A stretch of DNA of 63,696 bases, counting the filler, from Octopus bimaculoides (lineage: Eukaryota): the NCBI RefSeq assembly GCF_001194135.2. It is 5 parts of 5 records of this genome, joined end to end, with 100 filler letters (N's around TTAATTAATTAA, not from the genome) between each part and the next. Parts side by side here need not be neighbours in the genome. Positions count along the whole stretch, not along the records: positions 1 to 30,182 come from NC_068983.1; 4 more parts are not named here. The stretch is one strand, 5' to 3'. The translations under genes were made by a program, and so were the position numbers. The notes beneath the pieces were generated by a model. It made no database searches. It was not told the DNA's origin and saw only the letters and a list, made by a program, of their open reading frames with translations. Each line of letters starts with the position of its first letter. Positions within the stretch are counted from its first letter, which is position 1. Shown here piece by piece: positions 12,038 through 25,609 of the stretch.

Positions 12038-13378
12038 CACCATCATCATCATCAGCATTTAATATTTGCTTTCCATGCTGGCATGGGCTGGATGATTTGA
12101 CGAGCTGGCTTGGCAGAAGACTGCACTAGGTTTCAGTGTTTGTTTTGGCATTGTTTTTATGGCTGAATGCTCTTCCTAACACTGACCACCCTGCAAAGTG
12201 AACTGAGTGTTTTTTATGTAGCACTAGCACAGGTGAAGTTAGTTTTGGAATGGTGTTTGCATCTGGATGCCCTTCCAAATGCCAACCATTTTACAGTGTG
12301 GACTGGATACTTTTTACATGGCACCAGCACTGGCAGGGTCACCAAGTAACTTGCCAGACAAAGGTTAGAGTGTGATAAAGTGACAGAAACAGGTGTCTTG
12401 CTGTAGAGGAGATACATGGTTACCTAGTCAGAGAGAGAGAGAGAAAGAGGGAGAGAGATGGTGGCCAAGTGCCAGGGTATACTCACAACAAACAGAGATC
12501 AGAATATAAAGGGATGGTAGAGTAGAGCAAGGGAGAGATGGATGGTGGTAAAGTACCATGGTATACCCTCAAGGTATGGGGTCAAAATATAAAAGCTAGG
12601 GAGTAGAGTGACTTCAAAGAGTGTGTGTGTGGGGTGGGGGATACAGTGACTGGTGAAACCAGGGTGTATAGAGGGTTGTAGAGCAACAGGATAGCAATGA
12701 TACAGTGAGCATGGAAATGAGGACAGGGTTGTGGAGCATGAGATAAGCATAAGTTAAGTACATGAAAAGAGGAAATGTGAAGAAGAGAAGAGATGTAGTT
12801 TGGTTTGTTGGGGTAGGGTGTGGGAAAAGTTTTATTGTTGTTACATGTGGGTGGAACCCATAGTGCTTCTAAAACTCAGTTTTGTTGACGTGGGTGAGTC
12901 TTCTCAAGAACCTCATATCATCAGACATCTCAGTATATTGTCATTTCCTCAATGTAGCCCAACATCCTGAGATTGGTCCTCACCACTTTATCCTATATCT
13001 TCCTGGATCTCCCTCTTCCACAGGTGCCATCCACTTTCAGTGATTGGCACTTCTTTATACAGCTTTATGCACTTTATACACTTCTTTATTCATATGCATC
13101 ACATGTTCAAACTAACGCAGTCTCTTCTTTTGCAAGCTGCGTCTAATTCCTTTTAAGCCTAACTTTTCTCTCAACACATTTGCTCTTTGTCATACATGCA
13201 CACTGATGTTGCACATCCAATGGAGCATGCTGCCTTCATTCCTGTCTAGTCTGCACATGTCTTCTTCATTCAGAGCCCATGTTTCACTACTATGGATATA
13301 GCCATTCATACACAAGCATTATACATTTTATCTTTCATTCTGAGGGAGGCCTTTTGTTGCCAACAGAGGTAAAACTCT
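12038..13378 (-). mobile_element. Older RTE-type LINE fragment (tail, 3' UTR, decayed ORF C-terminus)
   Basis: (CAT)n tail at about 12040; 12860-13378 on the minus strand gives LPLLATKG...RNEGSMLHWMCNISVH...VLREKLGL with stops. Confidence 0.7.
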
Positions 13379-13959
13379 TAGCTCTGTGAACTATGTTTTT
13401 TTTTAAACGTAATTTTATGAAGAACGGATTATGCTAGACTGTGTTATCTATTAGTGAATTGCGTGGGTTTGAAGTGTCTGAGTGATTTGTAAGTTTTATG
13501 TAGGCATATAATTAGTTCAGAATTTTTATTTAGTAGTTTGGAAGAGACTATTAAAATCTCAAGTGATTTGGTGGTGCATAATTGGCAAGGCTTATGGTTA
13601 TCAGAATAAGGTTTGGATAGTGAGAGTATTTTCTGCTTTATAGTACAGGGTTTATTATTTTCTTTTAGTGACCAGATGTGTTGTGATAAAGGAGTATTTC
13701 TTCTGCTGGTGTTATGGAGAAATGTGTTTGTTTATAATAACTACTCTTAAATGTGTTGGCTCTAAGATTGATGTATGTTAGATTTGAAGAGTGGACTAAT
13801 TCTTAGGTCAAGAACTTTCTGTCTAATGGGTATGTATTTGTGTTGGTGAAGTTACAGTTGGTGGATATTCTGTGTAAAAAGTTTTTGTTTATTTGTACTA
13901 ATACCTGTTGACCTATATCACCTGAGTCTCTTTGTACACAACATTTTGAATTTACATAG

Positions 13960-14330
13960 AGAATATTCTCAACTCTCTCCTGTGATATGCTAATAGCATT
14001 GGCTATCTGATTTTTAGTCAGTTGCCTGCCATCCATCTCATGTGGTGAACATAATCAATGTTTTCCTTGATGGTGACAGCTGCAGGACATCTAGACCTTG
14101 GGTCATCTTCAGGACTCTCCTTTCCCCCAATTTTGGATTGTTGATAAAGCTGGAATGGCATCCCCTAATGTAGCAACCATGTTAGCATGAATGTCGTTGG
14201 GGGCTAAACCCTTTTTCTGCAGGTACTTGATAACATCATGATGCCAAATTTGTCAGTTTTCAAGAGATGACTCTACTAGTTACTTTTGAAGTGTTCTTTG
14301 AACAATGAGATGTCAGTTTACCTGAACAGA
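13960..14330 (-). mobile_element. 5' fragment of a mariner transposase
   Basis: Minus strand QIWHHDVIKYLQKKGLAPNDIHANMVATLGDAIPALSTIQNW and MDGRQLTKNQIANAISISQERVENIL, the two mariner HTH regions. Confidence 0.8.
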
Positions 14331-14513
14331 AACAATGCAGTTATTAATAAGAAGGGTTGAAATCAATGCATGCAAGATTTCACAGCTCTAGCATCACTCC
14401 TTCATTGTCAGCCTATAAACTTTTCAGCCTATCCTTGTAGTTTTTGTTTTGTTTTGTGTATTTCCCTACTTATTTGTTTTTACTTTTATGTTATTTGGAC
14501 TTTTATTTTGCAG

Positions 14514-14682
14514 TTTATCAACCAATGGCTGAAGACCTACTCAGTACCTGTAGAGTTAGTAAGCAGTGTTATTGATGAAATAACAGTTTCCATACCATGG
14601 TCAACATTGCTAGGGAGCAGCACCCTATTTGAGGTTCATGGATTGAAACTAGAACTCAGACCAAAATGCCGCTCAGAAAATG
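14514..14682 (+). CDS. ATG2: ATG2 coding exon A (first visible; FINQWLKTYSVPVELVSSVIDEITVSIPWSTLLGSSTLFEVHGLKLELRPKCRSEN), N-terminal chorein-like region
   Basis: Pyrimidine tract + CAG acceptor at 14511-14513 and GTAATT donor at 14683; 169 nt, phase 0 to 1. The peptide matches my recollection of vertebrate ATG2 'PLELVEGFVGSIEVAVPWAALL...VSGLQLTLQPR'. Confidence 0.93.
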
Positions 14683-15029
14683 GTAATTTTGAATATATGT
14701 CAATGAAAATTTAGTCTTCTATCTTGTTATAATCACAATTGTACACAGGGTAACTCATGGAGTGGGGGCTGTAAGGCCCATGGTGAATTTGAATGTAGAA
14801 TTTTATTATAAATATTGTCTACTACAGTAATAACCTTGAGCCTCAGGAAACAGCTTTATAACTTTTCTTCTATCAATTTGCTTGAGTACAGATTTCCCTA
14901 TACTCCTAGTTCATGGTTTTGGGATCAGTTGTAAGATGAACTACTAGTTTTAAAGATATCTACATTTAGATATCTACTTGGTTTTGAAAACTAGTAGTAA
15001 AACAGCAAATATTTATATATCAAAAATAT

Positions 15030-15248
15030 TTAACCACCTAACATTCAGATTACTCTGTCAAATGCAATGCTTATTTATTCACATTGTTTTGAATTGATCA
15101 TGCATTATATTGTAGCTTCAACATTTCCATAACGTAATTGTTTATTTTCAGAATGACATTGTAGGGTAGGTGTAAAAGGCAGAATCTGGCCATTTTGAAC
15201 AAAAAACAAAAAAAAATATTTGGGCTGGTTTAAACACTTGAGGGTTAA
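15030..15248. mobile_element. piggyBac-type MITE, copy 3
   Basis: TTAA-CCACCTAACATTC ... CACTTGAGGG-TTAA; homologous to 3291 and 9458. Confidence 0.7.
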
Positions 15249-15463
15249 GAAAGTAAAGGGTATGAAAATAATTTGTGTACAATGTTGATATGTTATGCTT
15301 TTCCCCCTATAATGCAGATATATATTCTCAGACTCTTTAGCTAAAAATTCAATACCTTCTTCAGTTGTTTATTTTTTAAAAATTTCTATTTGTGTGTCAC
15401 AGATAATTTCAGCAGTTCTAAATACTTTCTTGGTGTAAAGTTAAAGCTATCTTATTTTCATAG

Positions 15464-15610
15464 GGCCTTCATTTGAAGAAATGGTTTCAAGTATAACAAG
15501 TATGACATCTAGCTTGCAGATGGCTGAAGAGATGCTTCGAAATGAAAAAATTAGTGAAGAAAACACCAAATATAATGGTGCAAATACTTTTGCTGACACT
15601 ATTGATTCTG
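15464..15610 (+). CDS. ATG2: ATG2 coding exon B (GPSFEEMVSSITSMTSSLQMAEEMLRNEKISEENTKYNGANTFADTIDS)
   Basis: TAG acceptor and GTGAG donor; 147 nt, phase 1 to 1, in frame with exon A. Matches ATG2 'MTTSLQLAQECL...GLEMFAQTIETV'. Missed by the ORF track. Confidence 0.93.
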
Positions 15611-17099
15611 GTGAGATATTTTCCTATTCTACTATGACAAAGTTTTGAGAATTTTCTGCTTTTGCTTTTCAGTATATCAATGTTCTTACTCTGAAATATT
15701 CTGTTACCCTACTAATTAGTTGAAAATTCAATGATTTTTAGAGAAGTTGCTTATTGTTTATAATATTTATTATTTTTATATTTTATTCATTCATTCATTG
15801 AATGTGCATTTTTCCATGCTGGAAGAGGATGCACTTGAAGCAGGATTTTGCAAGTAGATACTCTTCCTTTTGCTGGTCTTTGAAGGCTCAGAGCAAACAG
15901 TCATAATGTCAACAAGGAACATAAAGAATATCGCTATTTTATGAAACCATGGGATACCAGTACTCATGTATATATATATATATATATATACATATATTAT
16001 TATTATTATTCAATCCAAGGAAAAAACAATTTCCTTCAAAGGGATGGAAAACATCCAATTTTCATTGGTTCTTCAGTCAAATACCACAATATAGTAGAGA
16101 AAAAATTAGAACTTAAATTGGTATAATTTTCAATATATAAATATTAAAGGAAATAGAGAAATACAATTGACATATAAATTTATTAAGATTATAATATGAT
16201 ATAATTATAGTATAAAAAGATATAATATAATATAATATAACAAATAATTAAAACAAACATATATCTTACAATTTGTTTCAATTCATATCCACTAGTGAAT
16301 TTATAAAAAATTCACATTTATGTATATGAATCTTGTCAGGGTAATATTTGCCTAAAAAACAGACAAAACTTTCATGTGAGGACTGCTAAATCATAAAATA
16401 GATTGATTTAAAATATACATATGTTTATAAGTGTGAGCATTAATAATTTAAAAATATAATAAATATAATAAAAACAAAACCAAAATTCAAATAGATAAAA
16501 TAAATTAAATTGACCAAACAATTACAATGGTCATAAAATGTTCTTATGCCTCTTTAATGATATTAATCTAAAGATATTTTAATCTAAAATAATTGCTACC
16601 CATTTTTATTATATAAAATCTATATGATAAAATCTATATCATATGTTAAGAATTTATGGTGGAGTAGGAAATATATTTTTAAAAAGATTTCCATATACTC
16701 TTATGAAAAAATAAATAAGGATATATTTTATTCACACACAAAATTCATTAAAAAAAAAACTTCTAATCAATGATTCATTAATTTAAAAGTTTCTTCTAAA
16801 CATGCTGATATTAAAACAAATGTATAAAGTTACGATTATTATAAACTGTACTATCTCTTACATAAAAATGGTAATTATATATATTTAAAATCCTTTATCT
16901 CTCTGTCTGTTCCCAATGCATTCTCAAATGGCTCAACCAAATCAAATCAAATTTTACTTGGTAATGCTATCAGACCTCTTGAGAGTCAACATATAACTTT
17001 TTGGGATTAAAACAATGCAACATTGGCACTGGTTCTGTATCACATGTCAAAGCTCAAAGAATAAAAGTGAAGAAATAACATCTGTATTGTAATGTGATA

Positions 17100-17405
17100 T
17101 ATTGTTTCACTTTTATACTTTTACTTTTAATTCTAACCGCGATGATGATGCCATTACATTTTGTATATGACTGTGTCTGTCTGTGAATGTATGTGTGTGA
17201 GTGTATGAGTGTGTATATGTCTCACAGGGTGTGTGTCTTTCTGCATTAGGTACATTATTAAACACACTATATGTTTCACTTTTATACTTTTACTTTTAAT
17301 TCTAACCATGATGATGACGTGTGTGAGTGTATGAGTGTGTATATATATCTCACAGTGTGTGTGTCTTTCTGCGTTTGGTATGTTATTAAGCACACTATAT
17401 GTATG
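17100..17405. repeat. Tandem duplication, unit about 170 bp
   Basis: tgtttcacttttatacttttacttttaattctaacc..gatgatga and gtgagtgtatgagtgtgtatat..tctcacag..gtgtgtgtctttctgc each occur twice. Confidence 0.8.
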
Positions 17406-17744
17406 TGAGGGCTGGTCTGTGTCAATACGAAATTTATAACATTTCATAGAGATAATCTTTCTATTTACAGAGATGTGCTTGCATAGCAAGTGACTTGATC
17501 TGTGATCATGTGCTTGGAACTTATATATGTATACAACCTTCGATGGAGTAACAGTTATACTACTTGAATAGATACACATATCAGTGCATAAATATGCATT
17601 TACATGTACATACACATATACACACACACAGACATGTCTACACACTTACATAAATGCTCACATACATACATACATGCGTATATGCATGCATGCGCATTTA
17701 CACATATATATACATACATGCATTCATACACGTACACATACATA

Positions 17745-18265
17745 CATCATCATCATCATCGTTCAACTTTCATGCTAGCATGGGTTGGACAATTTGACTG
17801 AGGACTGGCGAACCAGAAGGCTGCACCAGGCTCCAATCTGATCTGGCAGAGTTTCTACAGCTGGATGCCCTTCCTAACACCAACCACTCCGAGAGTGTAG
17901 TGGGTGCTTTTACATGCCACCAGTACGAAGGCCATTCAGGCAGTACTGGCAACGGCCACACTCAAAATGGTGTTTTTAACGTGCCACCTGCACAGGAACC
18001 AGTCCAGCGGCACTGGCAACAACCTTGCTCGAATGTTTTTTCACGTGCCAGTAAGGCGATGCTGGTAATGATCATGCTCAAATGGTGCTATTTACATACC
18101 ACTGGCACGGAAGCCAGACAGCTGCTCTGGCAATGATCACGCTCGGACGGTGCTGTTAGCGCTCCACTGGTACAGGTGCCAGTCATCGAATTTGGTTCAA
18201 TCACGATTTCAATTTCACTTGCCCCAACAGGTCTTCACAAGCCGAGTTTAGTGTCCAATGAAGGA
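17745..18265 (-). mobile_element. RTE-type LINE 3' UTR/tail copy
   Basis: Co-linear with 10291-11010, from (CAT)n to gtttagtgtccaatgaagga. Confidence 0.85.
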
Positions 18266-18580
18266 TCAGCATTAATAATATAGCATGAGATTACAGGTTG
18301 TAATATGGAACCTGTCTTCTTTTGTTAAATTATAATTTATTAGATAAAACAATAAGTAACAAATAATATCTAGAACGGCTTGTCAGTCCGTCTCATGGTT
18401 CCAGCTGACAAAATGGAAAAGGCATTGNNNNNNNNNNNNNNNNNNNNNNNNNNNNNNNNNNNNNNNNNNNNNNNNNNNNNNNNNNNNNNNNNNNNNNNNN
18501 NNNNNNNNNNNNNNNGCTCACCTCAATATTTTACTAAATCCTTCTGCTTGTTTTTTCCAGAAAATGTTAAGTAGTATATA

Positions 18581-19817
18581 CGAGGGGTTACCCAAAAGAA
18601 ACTGGAATTTTGCAATATTATTTTATTCTCTTAGTTTTACATGTTTACATTTTATTGCCTTCAAAGTATTCTCCATTTGAAGCAATGCATCAGTCCAGAT
18701 TCATTTTCTACTATTTGAAGTAGTCCTGGAACTCTTGCAAAGTGATGCCTTTTAACAACTCTGTTGTTTTTTTTCTTCACCTCTTCCACATCTGCAAAAC
18801 GTTTTCCTTTAAGGACTTTTTTCATTCAGGGGAACAAAAAGAAGTCACAGGGAGCAAGATTTGGTAAATAGGGAGGGTGGGTAAGTAGGGTCATGCCATT
18901 TTTGGTCTAAAACTCTCAGACTCAAGGAGTTGTGCACAGGTGCATTAATGAAACCACCACTCTACACTTTGCCACAGGTCAGGGTATTTTTGTCTCACCA
19001 CATCTCATAAATGCTTCAGAACTGTCTAGCAAAATGTCTGGTTAACAGTTTGACCAGGAGGAACAAATTCTGTGTGGACAATTCCTTTTGTATCAATGAT
19101 ACAAATCAGCATTGTCTTGACATCGGACTTCACTTGACGCACCTTTTTGGGGTGTGGTTGACTTGATTGCTACTTTGTTTCTGGGTCATAGCCGTAGCAC
19201 TAGCTTTCATCACCTGTGAAAAAGGTCCAGATCAACTTCCAACTGTTCTTTCAGTTCATGACATGCATTCCATTGTGACTAGTTTTGATCTTCTATGAGC
19301 AAACGAGATACAAATTTTGCTGCAACTCTTTTCAATTGCAATTCCTCACTCGTTGGCGACAGTCCTCCAAGATTAGTTCATGAATTTTCGAGATATTTTC
19401 ATTTGTTTGGTAAGTTAATGCTCACCCTGAACAGGGTTGGTTTTCAAGCAACAAGTGACCTTTCCTAAATGGTTCTCATACAAGTGGAACCACTTGTAAA
19501 CTTCTGTTTGGTTCATGGCAGTGTCTTTGTAAGCTGTTTGAAGCATGACAACTGTTTCAGCCACCGTTTTCTCCAACAGAAAACAGAATTTTATAGAAAC
19601 TTGCTGTTCCTTCATTTTAGCCATTGCAAAAACGAATGAACAGAGGAGAAGCACTGTAAAACAAAGACACACTACGTGGCAGTACAGTCTCACTAGACGC
19701 TGCTGGTCAACAGACTGATGCCTGAGGGTCGTATCAAGTGGCTTCTCGCAGCAGAAGCCTGAGCTACAACGGGCCTGTCCCACAGGATGTTTCTGGTTAC
19801 TTTTGGGTACCCCCTCA
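18581..19817 (-). mobile_element. Full-length decayed mariner transposon, second subfamily
   Basis: Imperfect TIR CGAGGGGTTACCCAAAAGAAACTGGAA / TGAGGGGGTACCCAAAAGTAACCAGAA with TA on both sides; 1237 bp. Transposase start MAKMKEQQVSIKFCFLLEKTVAETVVMLQTAYKD at 19624; C-terminal LKGKRFADVEEVKKK. Confidence 0.93.
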
Positions 19818-19894
19818 TAAAAATTATCACTCATATTTTTTCATTTTTTTATTTGTATTTATATGCATTTATTATTTTTTTTTTTCCACTCCAG

Positions 19895-20000
19895 TGTTAT
19901 CAAGAGTGAAAATAAGTGTTCACGACATATCTATTTGCCTTGATCATATCCTAAAAGATTCTGGAAATCAAAAGGCAAGATTAGAGATGAGAATACAACG
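19895..20000 (+). CDS. ATG2: ATG2 coding exon C (VLSRVKISVHDISICLDHILKDSGNQKARLEMRIQR)
   Basis: T-tract + CCAG acceptor and GTAAGT donor; 106 nt, phase 1 to 2. Matches ATG2 'VLRRIKVTFLDTVVRVEH...VEVRVQR'. Confidence 0.93.
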
Positions 20001-20567
20001 GTAAGTAACACTAGTTGTAATTTTCATTGTAAAATTTAGGGCACTAAGTTTATTGTTATTTTAGTGCTAGGTCAGCTATGATCATATATATTAATAGCAA
20101 TCTAGCCATGTCCATTTCATTTTCAAACATTATGTATCTAGGACTATATTACTTAGCGTGTTCATTTTTGTTTAGAAACCTGGGAATTATTTGAAGGAGT
20201 TTTTGGCTATTACTTCTAGCCGGTTAAGTGGCCACTTTAAGAGCTTTGTTCTTTGACATAATAGAGACTAAAGACAGACACCTTACTGTATTTAGATTTT
20301 TCTTTTCATTTTTTTTTTTTATATATTTTGAGTTCAAATCCTTCCAAGATCCCAGAGAGACTTTGTCTTTCATTTCTTCTAAGTTCATAAAATAAGTAGC
20401 AATAAGTAATAAATGGATGTTAATTCAATGACTTATAATTCTTCCTTCAAAAATTGATGACCAAATAAAAAGAATAAGATCAAATAAGATAAAAATTATT
20501 ACATAAAATTAATTACAATACAGATGTTACAAGTGCAGGTGTCTCTATAGGCAGAGGCATGGTTGTG

Positions 20568-20880
20568 TGGTAAGAAGTTTGCTTCTTAACCACATGCTCT
20601 GAGGTTCAGCCCCACTCCGTGGAACCTCGGGCAACTGTTTCCTATCATAGCCCGGGGCTGACCAAAGCCTTGTGAGTGAATGTGACAGATGAAAATTGAA
20701 AGAAGCCCATTGTATTTGAGCATGCTGGTGTCATGTTAAAAGCACACACTGTAGAAACCAAGCCAAATCAGACTGGGACCTGGTGCAGCTCTTCTGATTA
20801 CCAGCTCTGGTCAGACCGTTCAACCCATGCCAGCATGGAAAACAAATTTTAAAGGATGATGATGATAATGATGATGATGA
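20568..20880 (+). mobile_element. SINE family A head followed by an RTE-type tail in sense orientation
   Basis: ggcagaggcatggttgtgtggtaagaag...gaagcccattgtat, then caacccatgccagcatggaaaac...gatgatgat. Confidence 0.65.
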
Positions 20881-22227
20881 TGGTGGTGGTGTGTGTGTAT
20901 GTCCATGCAGTTATTTGAAATCCCATAGGTTTGATCGTCACCTTCTGAACAAAACTCTGTTATGTTCACATTCATTATTAACATTCAGACTAGTTATAGA
21001 ATAAAAGCAAAAGATATCTTACTCGAAAAATGGGTAAGGGTTGGGGACAGGAAAAGCATCCCACTATAAAATCCTGCCTCATGTAAGTTTCTGTCCATCC
21101 TCTGCTAATACAGAAAAGCAGATGTGAAACCAGTGAACTTCGGTATCAGCCTCTGCTTACTATGGCTGAAATATGACAATAAGGGTGAGGAGAAATTGGA
21201 ATCATACTTTTCTATGGAGTCCTGAGAGATAAACCCATTATAAAGATTAGCAATAAACTTGAAGAGTTACACTGGGGTGAATGTAATAAAAATAGACACC
21301 AACTCAACAACAAATAGAAGAAATAACATGGAACAACTCAAACAAGCACTGCAAGATTTAAAAAATAACACCAAAATATACTGTTCGTGAAGAGACCTAG
21401 GCTGAGATGTGTTTCACTTTGTTCTGTAAGGAATCTGTGCCCCCACCCTTTAGCTTTGGTAGGTGTGCAGAATTATGTTGCATGTCTCTAGGCATGACAT
21501 CAGTGTAGATGAGTGGCCTTTATCCAATAATATGTTAAGGGAAACTCCAAAATATATCAATGTGAAATAGTCTGATGTTCAGTACAATTGTAGTTGCCAG
21601 CAAAGCCTATTCTGCATTGAAGAATGGTATTAGGGATAGGTAGAATGTATCCGTAAATCTACTTAACCTTTTGCCCTTACCCTGAGATGTTGTGAATGCT
21701 CACGAGAAGTCTGGCATACATACCATCAAGCCAATCTTGAGGCTTCTTCTGTGTAGTCCTGGTTTCATCTCCATAGAGAACAATACTTGCTATACATGCC
21801 TTGGAGAAGGTCAGCCTTTTTGACTTTAAAGTACTTGATTACCAGATGTTTTGAAGCTTGTTACATAAGACAAACATATTCCAAAAATTAAGAATTTACC
21901 ATAATGACAAACATAGGTTCATAAGATTTCCATAAGATGATACTGCATAATTACAAATTAAACTAAATAGACTGGTTATTGACATTTCCATAATTAAGAG
22001 TCCGTTATTTTGCCTGCATTGAAAAAGAATTCACTCCAGGAAACACATCTAGGGTAGACAATAAAAATAGACAAACATAACAACTCTCTTAAGTGGATAT
22101 CTAGAATAAATACACAACCCAAGAAACACAGAAACATTCAGTATTATCCAACAGAACATACCATTATTGAGCCAAGACTAAAGAATGAAAAAGATACTTG
22201 AATCATACAAAATAATCAAATGCAAAT

Positions 22228-23995
22228 CATCATCATCATCATCGTTTAATGTCCGCTTTCTATGCTGGCCTGGGTTGGATGGTTTGACCGAGGACTGGCA
22301 AGCCAGTAGGCTGCACTGATCAGGCAAGATTTCTACAGCTGGATGCCCTTCCTAATGCCAACCACTCCAAGAGTGTAGTGGGTGCCTTTTTCATGCCACC
22401 GGCACAGGAACCAGTCAGGCACCACTAGCATTGACCCATGCCTGAATGGTGCTTATTACGTGCCACCAGCACAGGTGCCAGTCAGGCAGCACTGGCCACA
22501 AATTGACTAAACTGGTCTTCTTAAGCACATCATATCGCCTGACACTTCAAGGGTACTTTTAAAAATGGGCCGATTATACAACACTGGCATCAGTGGCCCA
22601 ACATTCAAAGGTCATGCTTCACCAGCTCATCCCATGTCTTGCTAGGCCTACCTCTTCCACTGGTTCCTTCCACTGTTAGGGTGTGACACTTCTTCAAACA
22701 GCTTCCTCATCCATATATATGCAGCACATGAGTATACCACTGGTTCCTTCCACTGTTAGGGTGTGACACTTCTTCAAACAGCTTCCTCATCCATATATAT
22801 GCAACACATGAGCATACTAGTGCAGTTGTCTCTCTTGCACACCACATCTGATGCTTCTTATGTCCAACTCTTCTCTCAGGGCATTTACACTCTGTCGTGT
22901 ATGCACATTGATATTACTCATCCAGTGGATCATACTAACTTTATTTCTTTCAAGCCAGTGCATGTCCTCAGTAGTCATGGCCCATCTTTCACTACTGTGT
23001 AGCATGGCTGTTTGCACACATGCATCATACAGTCCACCTTTCACTCTGCGCGAGAGGCCGTTGTTGCCACCAGAGGTAGACGCTTTCTGAACTTTGCCCA
23101 AGCTCTCCTTACTGTAGCATGCTCTCAGAGCACACACCCCTACGACAGACTTGGTTGCCTAGATAGTGGAAGCTATCAACTACTTCTAGTTTTTCCCTCA
23201 GCATGTGATAGAATCTGTTTTCTGTACATCTTCAGTGTTTATTGCCCCTGTGCATCTGCCACACATAAAAACTATCTTCCTGGTTAACCTTCCTTTGATA
23301 TTGCTGCACCTCTTATGTATCCATAGCTTACACCAGGTACATCTTATGGAGTTTCTACCTACTCCTTTCCTACAGATTGAGCAGAGCCATCTACCTGAAA
23401 GGGTCTGTGACTTGTTTGCCTTCCTACTTATTAGGACTTTGGTTTTTGCTAGGTTGACTCTAAGTCCCTTCAATTCTAGACCTTGTTTCCACACCTGAAA
23501 CTGCTTCTCTAGTTCTGGTAGTGACTCAGCAATTAGAGCAAGGTCATCAGACAGGGGTAGCCTGTCTTGAATTCCTCTCTTATTGCCTGGAGGACTGTGA
23601 TGATCCATAGTGAACCCCTACTTCTACCCGGAATTCTTCCCTACACTCTTTGCCAACCCTCACCTTACTGACAGCATCTTTGTACAGGGCTTATACGGTT
23701 CTTACTAACCACTCGTCTATCCCTAGTTTCTGCTTTGACCACCAGATACGGGACTGGGGGATCCTGTCAAAGGCTTTCTCCAAGTCAACAAAAGGTTTAT
23801 CTTTGGCTAGGTATTTCTCCTGCAGTTGCATTACCAGAAATATAGCATCAGTGGTGCTTCTACCTGGCACAAAACTAAACTGCGTCTCATCTAGGCTGAC
23901 TCTTTCCCTAATAAGTTGGGCTATGACCCTCTCCGTAACTTTCACCACCTGATCCAGCAATTTGATACCCCTGTAGTTATTTTTATTTAAAGCAT
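22228..23995 (-). mobile_element. 5'-truncated RTE-type LINE with decayed reverse transcriptase and an internal 80-bp tandem duplication (22661-22815)
   Basis: Minus strand NYRGIKLLDQVVKV...QFSFVPGRSTTDAIF...FVDLEKAFDRIP...(LS)DDLALIAESL...KTKVL, C4HC3 finger, RVKGGLYDACVQTAMLHSSERWAM; (CAT)n tail at 22228. Confidence 0.93.
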
Positions 23996-24699
23996 CACAG
24001 TTTCTGACTTTGGGTAAAAAAGAAATACTGGAGGATCAGTTAATTATGAATTTATTCAACATATTCCAGTCTCAGATTCACACACTTATTGCAGTTTTTC
24101 TAAACCCCATAAAAGAACTCAGAAGGCTAGGCTTCCAACCAGGCTTTTCACAATATTCTTAAAGCCAGAAACTTTTCAGTATTTATATATATACATNNNN
24201 NNNNNNNNNNNNNNNNNNNNNNNNNNNNNNNNNNNNNNNNNNNNNNNNNNNNNNNNNNNNNNNNNNNNNNNNNNNNNNNNNNNNNNNNNNNNNNNNNNNN
24301 NNNNNNNNNNNNNNNNNNNNNNNNNNNNNNNNNNNNNNNNNNNNNNNNNNNNNNNNNNNNNNNNNNNNNNNNNNNNNNNNNNNNNNNNNNNNNNNNNNNN
24401 NNNNNNNNNNNNNNNNNNNNNNNNNNNNNNNNNNNNNNNNNNNNNNNNNNNNNNNNNNNNNNNNNNNNNNNNNNNNNNNNNNNNNNNNNNNNNNNNNNNN
24501 NNNNNNNNNNNNNNNNNNNNNNNNNNNNNNNNNNNNNNNNNNNNNNNNNNNNNNNNNNNNNNNNNNNNNNNNNNNNNNNNNNNNNNNNNNNNNNNNNNNN
24601 NNNNNNNNNNNNNNNNNNNNNNNNNNNNTATATATATATATATATATATATGATTATATATCTATCTTATCTTTGTTTATATTTCCTTTTGCTTACTAG

Positions 24700-24898
24700 A
24701 ATGGACTTTTTTGATGATATGGCAGTGAACGAAAGTGTTGCAACTGATCCTTCTGGCAGGAAAAAGTGGGAGCCTTCAGCTATTGCTTGCAAAAATTTCA
24801 AGTTGTCTGGAGTGACATTTCATATAGAAGAGTGTGTAGTTCATCCAGACGATTTGTACAACACATCACATAGCAGCTCGAGTGACTCTTCAACACAA
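24700..24898 (+). CDS. ATG2: ATG2 coding exon D (MDFFDDMAVNESVATDPSGRKKWEPSAIACKNFKLSGVTFHIEECVVHPDDLYNTSHSSSSDSSTQ)
   Basis: TAG acceptor and GTTAGT donor; 199 nt, phase 2 to 0, completing the CG|A Arg codon. Matches ATG2 'LEYCDE...HQPPAFLHKLLQLAGVRLHYEE'. Confidence 0.9.
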
Positions 24899-25082
24899 GT
24901 TAGTTTTACTTCATTTTCTCTTGTATATTTGTAACTGTTGACATTGTTCCATTCATACTGACCAAGAAACTCAGGGAAGGAGAATGTATTTTTAGTTTCA
25001 AAATATCATAGGTTGAGAGGTCAGGAATAATGTTTTAGAAGACGTCTTTAATTTGAGGAAAGAGAGAGATATAATTTGTAAA

Positions 25083-25443
25083 ACAGGTGTGGCTGTGTGG
25101 CAAGATGTTTGCTTCACAACCACATGGTTTGGAGTTCAGTCCCACTGTGTGGCACCTTTGGCAAATGTCTTCTGTTACAGCTTCAGGTCAACCAAAGCCT
25201 TGTGAGTGGTAGATGGAAACAGAAAAAAGCCCATTGTATATGTATCAATATATACATACATATGTGTGTGTGTCCTCCATCACTGCTTCACAACTGGTGT
25301 TGGTGTACCAACCAATAGAATAAATATCAGGCTTTACAAAAATTAGTGAGTGCTGGGGTCGATTCATTTGACTAAAAATTCTTCAAGGTGGTGCCCCAGC
25401 ATGGCTGCAGTCTAACGACTGAAACAAATAAAAGATAGAAGAT
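25083..25443 (+). mobile_element. Full-length tRNA-derived SINE family A
   Basis: Head ggtgtggctgtgtggcaag...ggagttcagtccc with degenerate A/B boxes, central microsatellite and 3' module ending gactgaaacaaataaaaga. Confidence 0.8.
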
Positions 25444-25609
25444 AGTTTTTTACAAAAAAAATCATCGTCTTTAACCTAAATTATTTTTTTATCCTTTGAC
25501 TCAGATTGTGTCTCTGTTTCTCTTTCTCTCATGTATTGTTATATCTACTAAGCATCATGATGGTGAAATAGCAAATTACTGTTGTAGATATGAATATTAC
25601 AATATAGGT

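Noticed and set aside
16000-17080. Extremely AT-rich block as a mitochondrial insertion (NUMT)
   Set aside because: Partial manual translation with the invertebrate mitochondrial code gave no conserved ND/COX/CYTB motif, and no rRNA signature was seen. It remains unexplained; BLAST would settle it.
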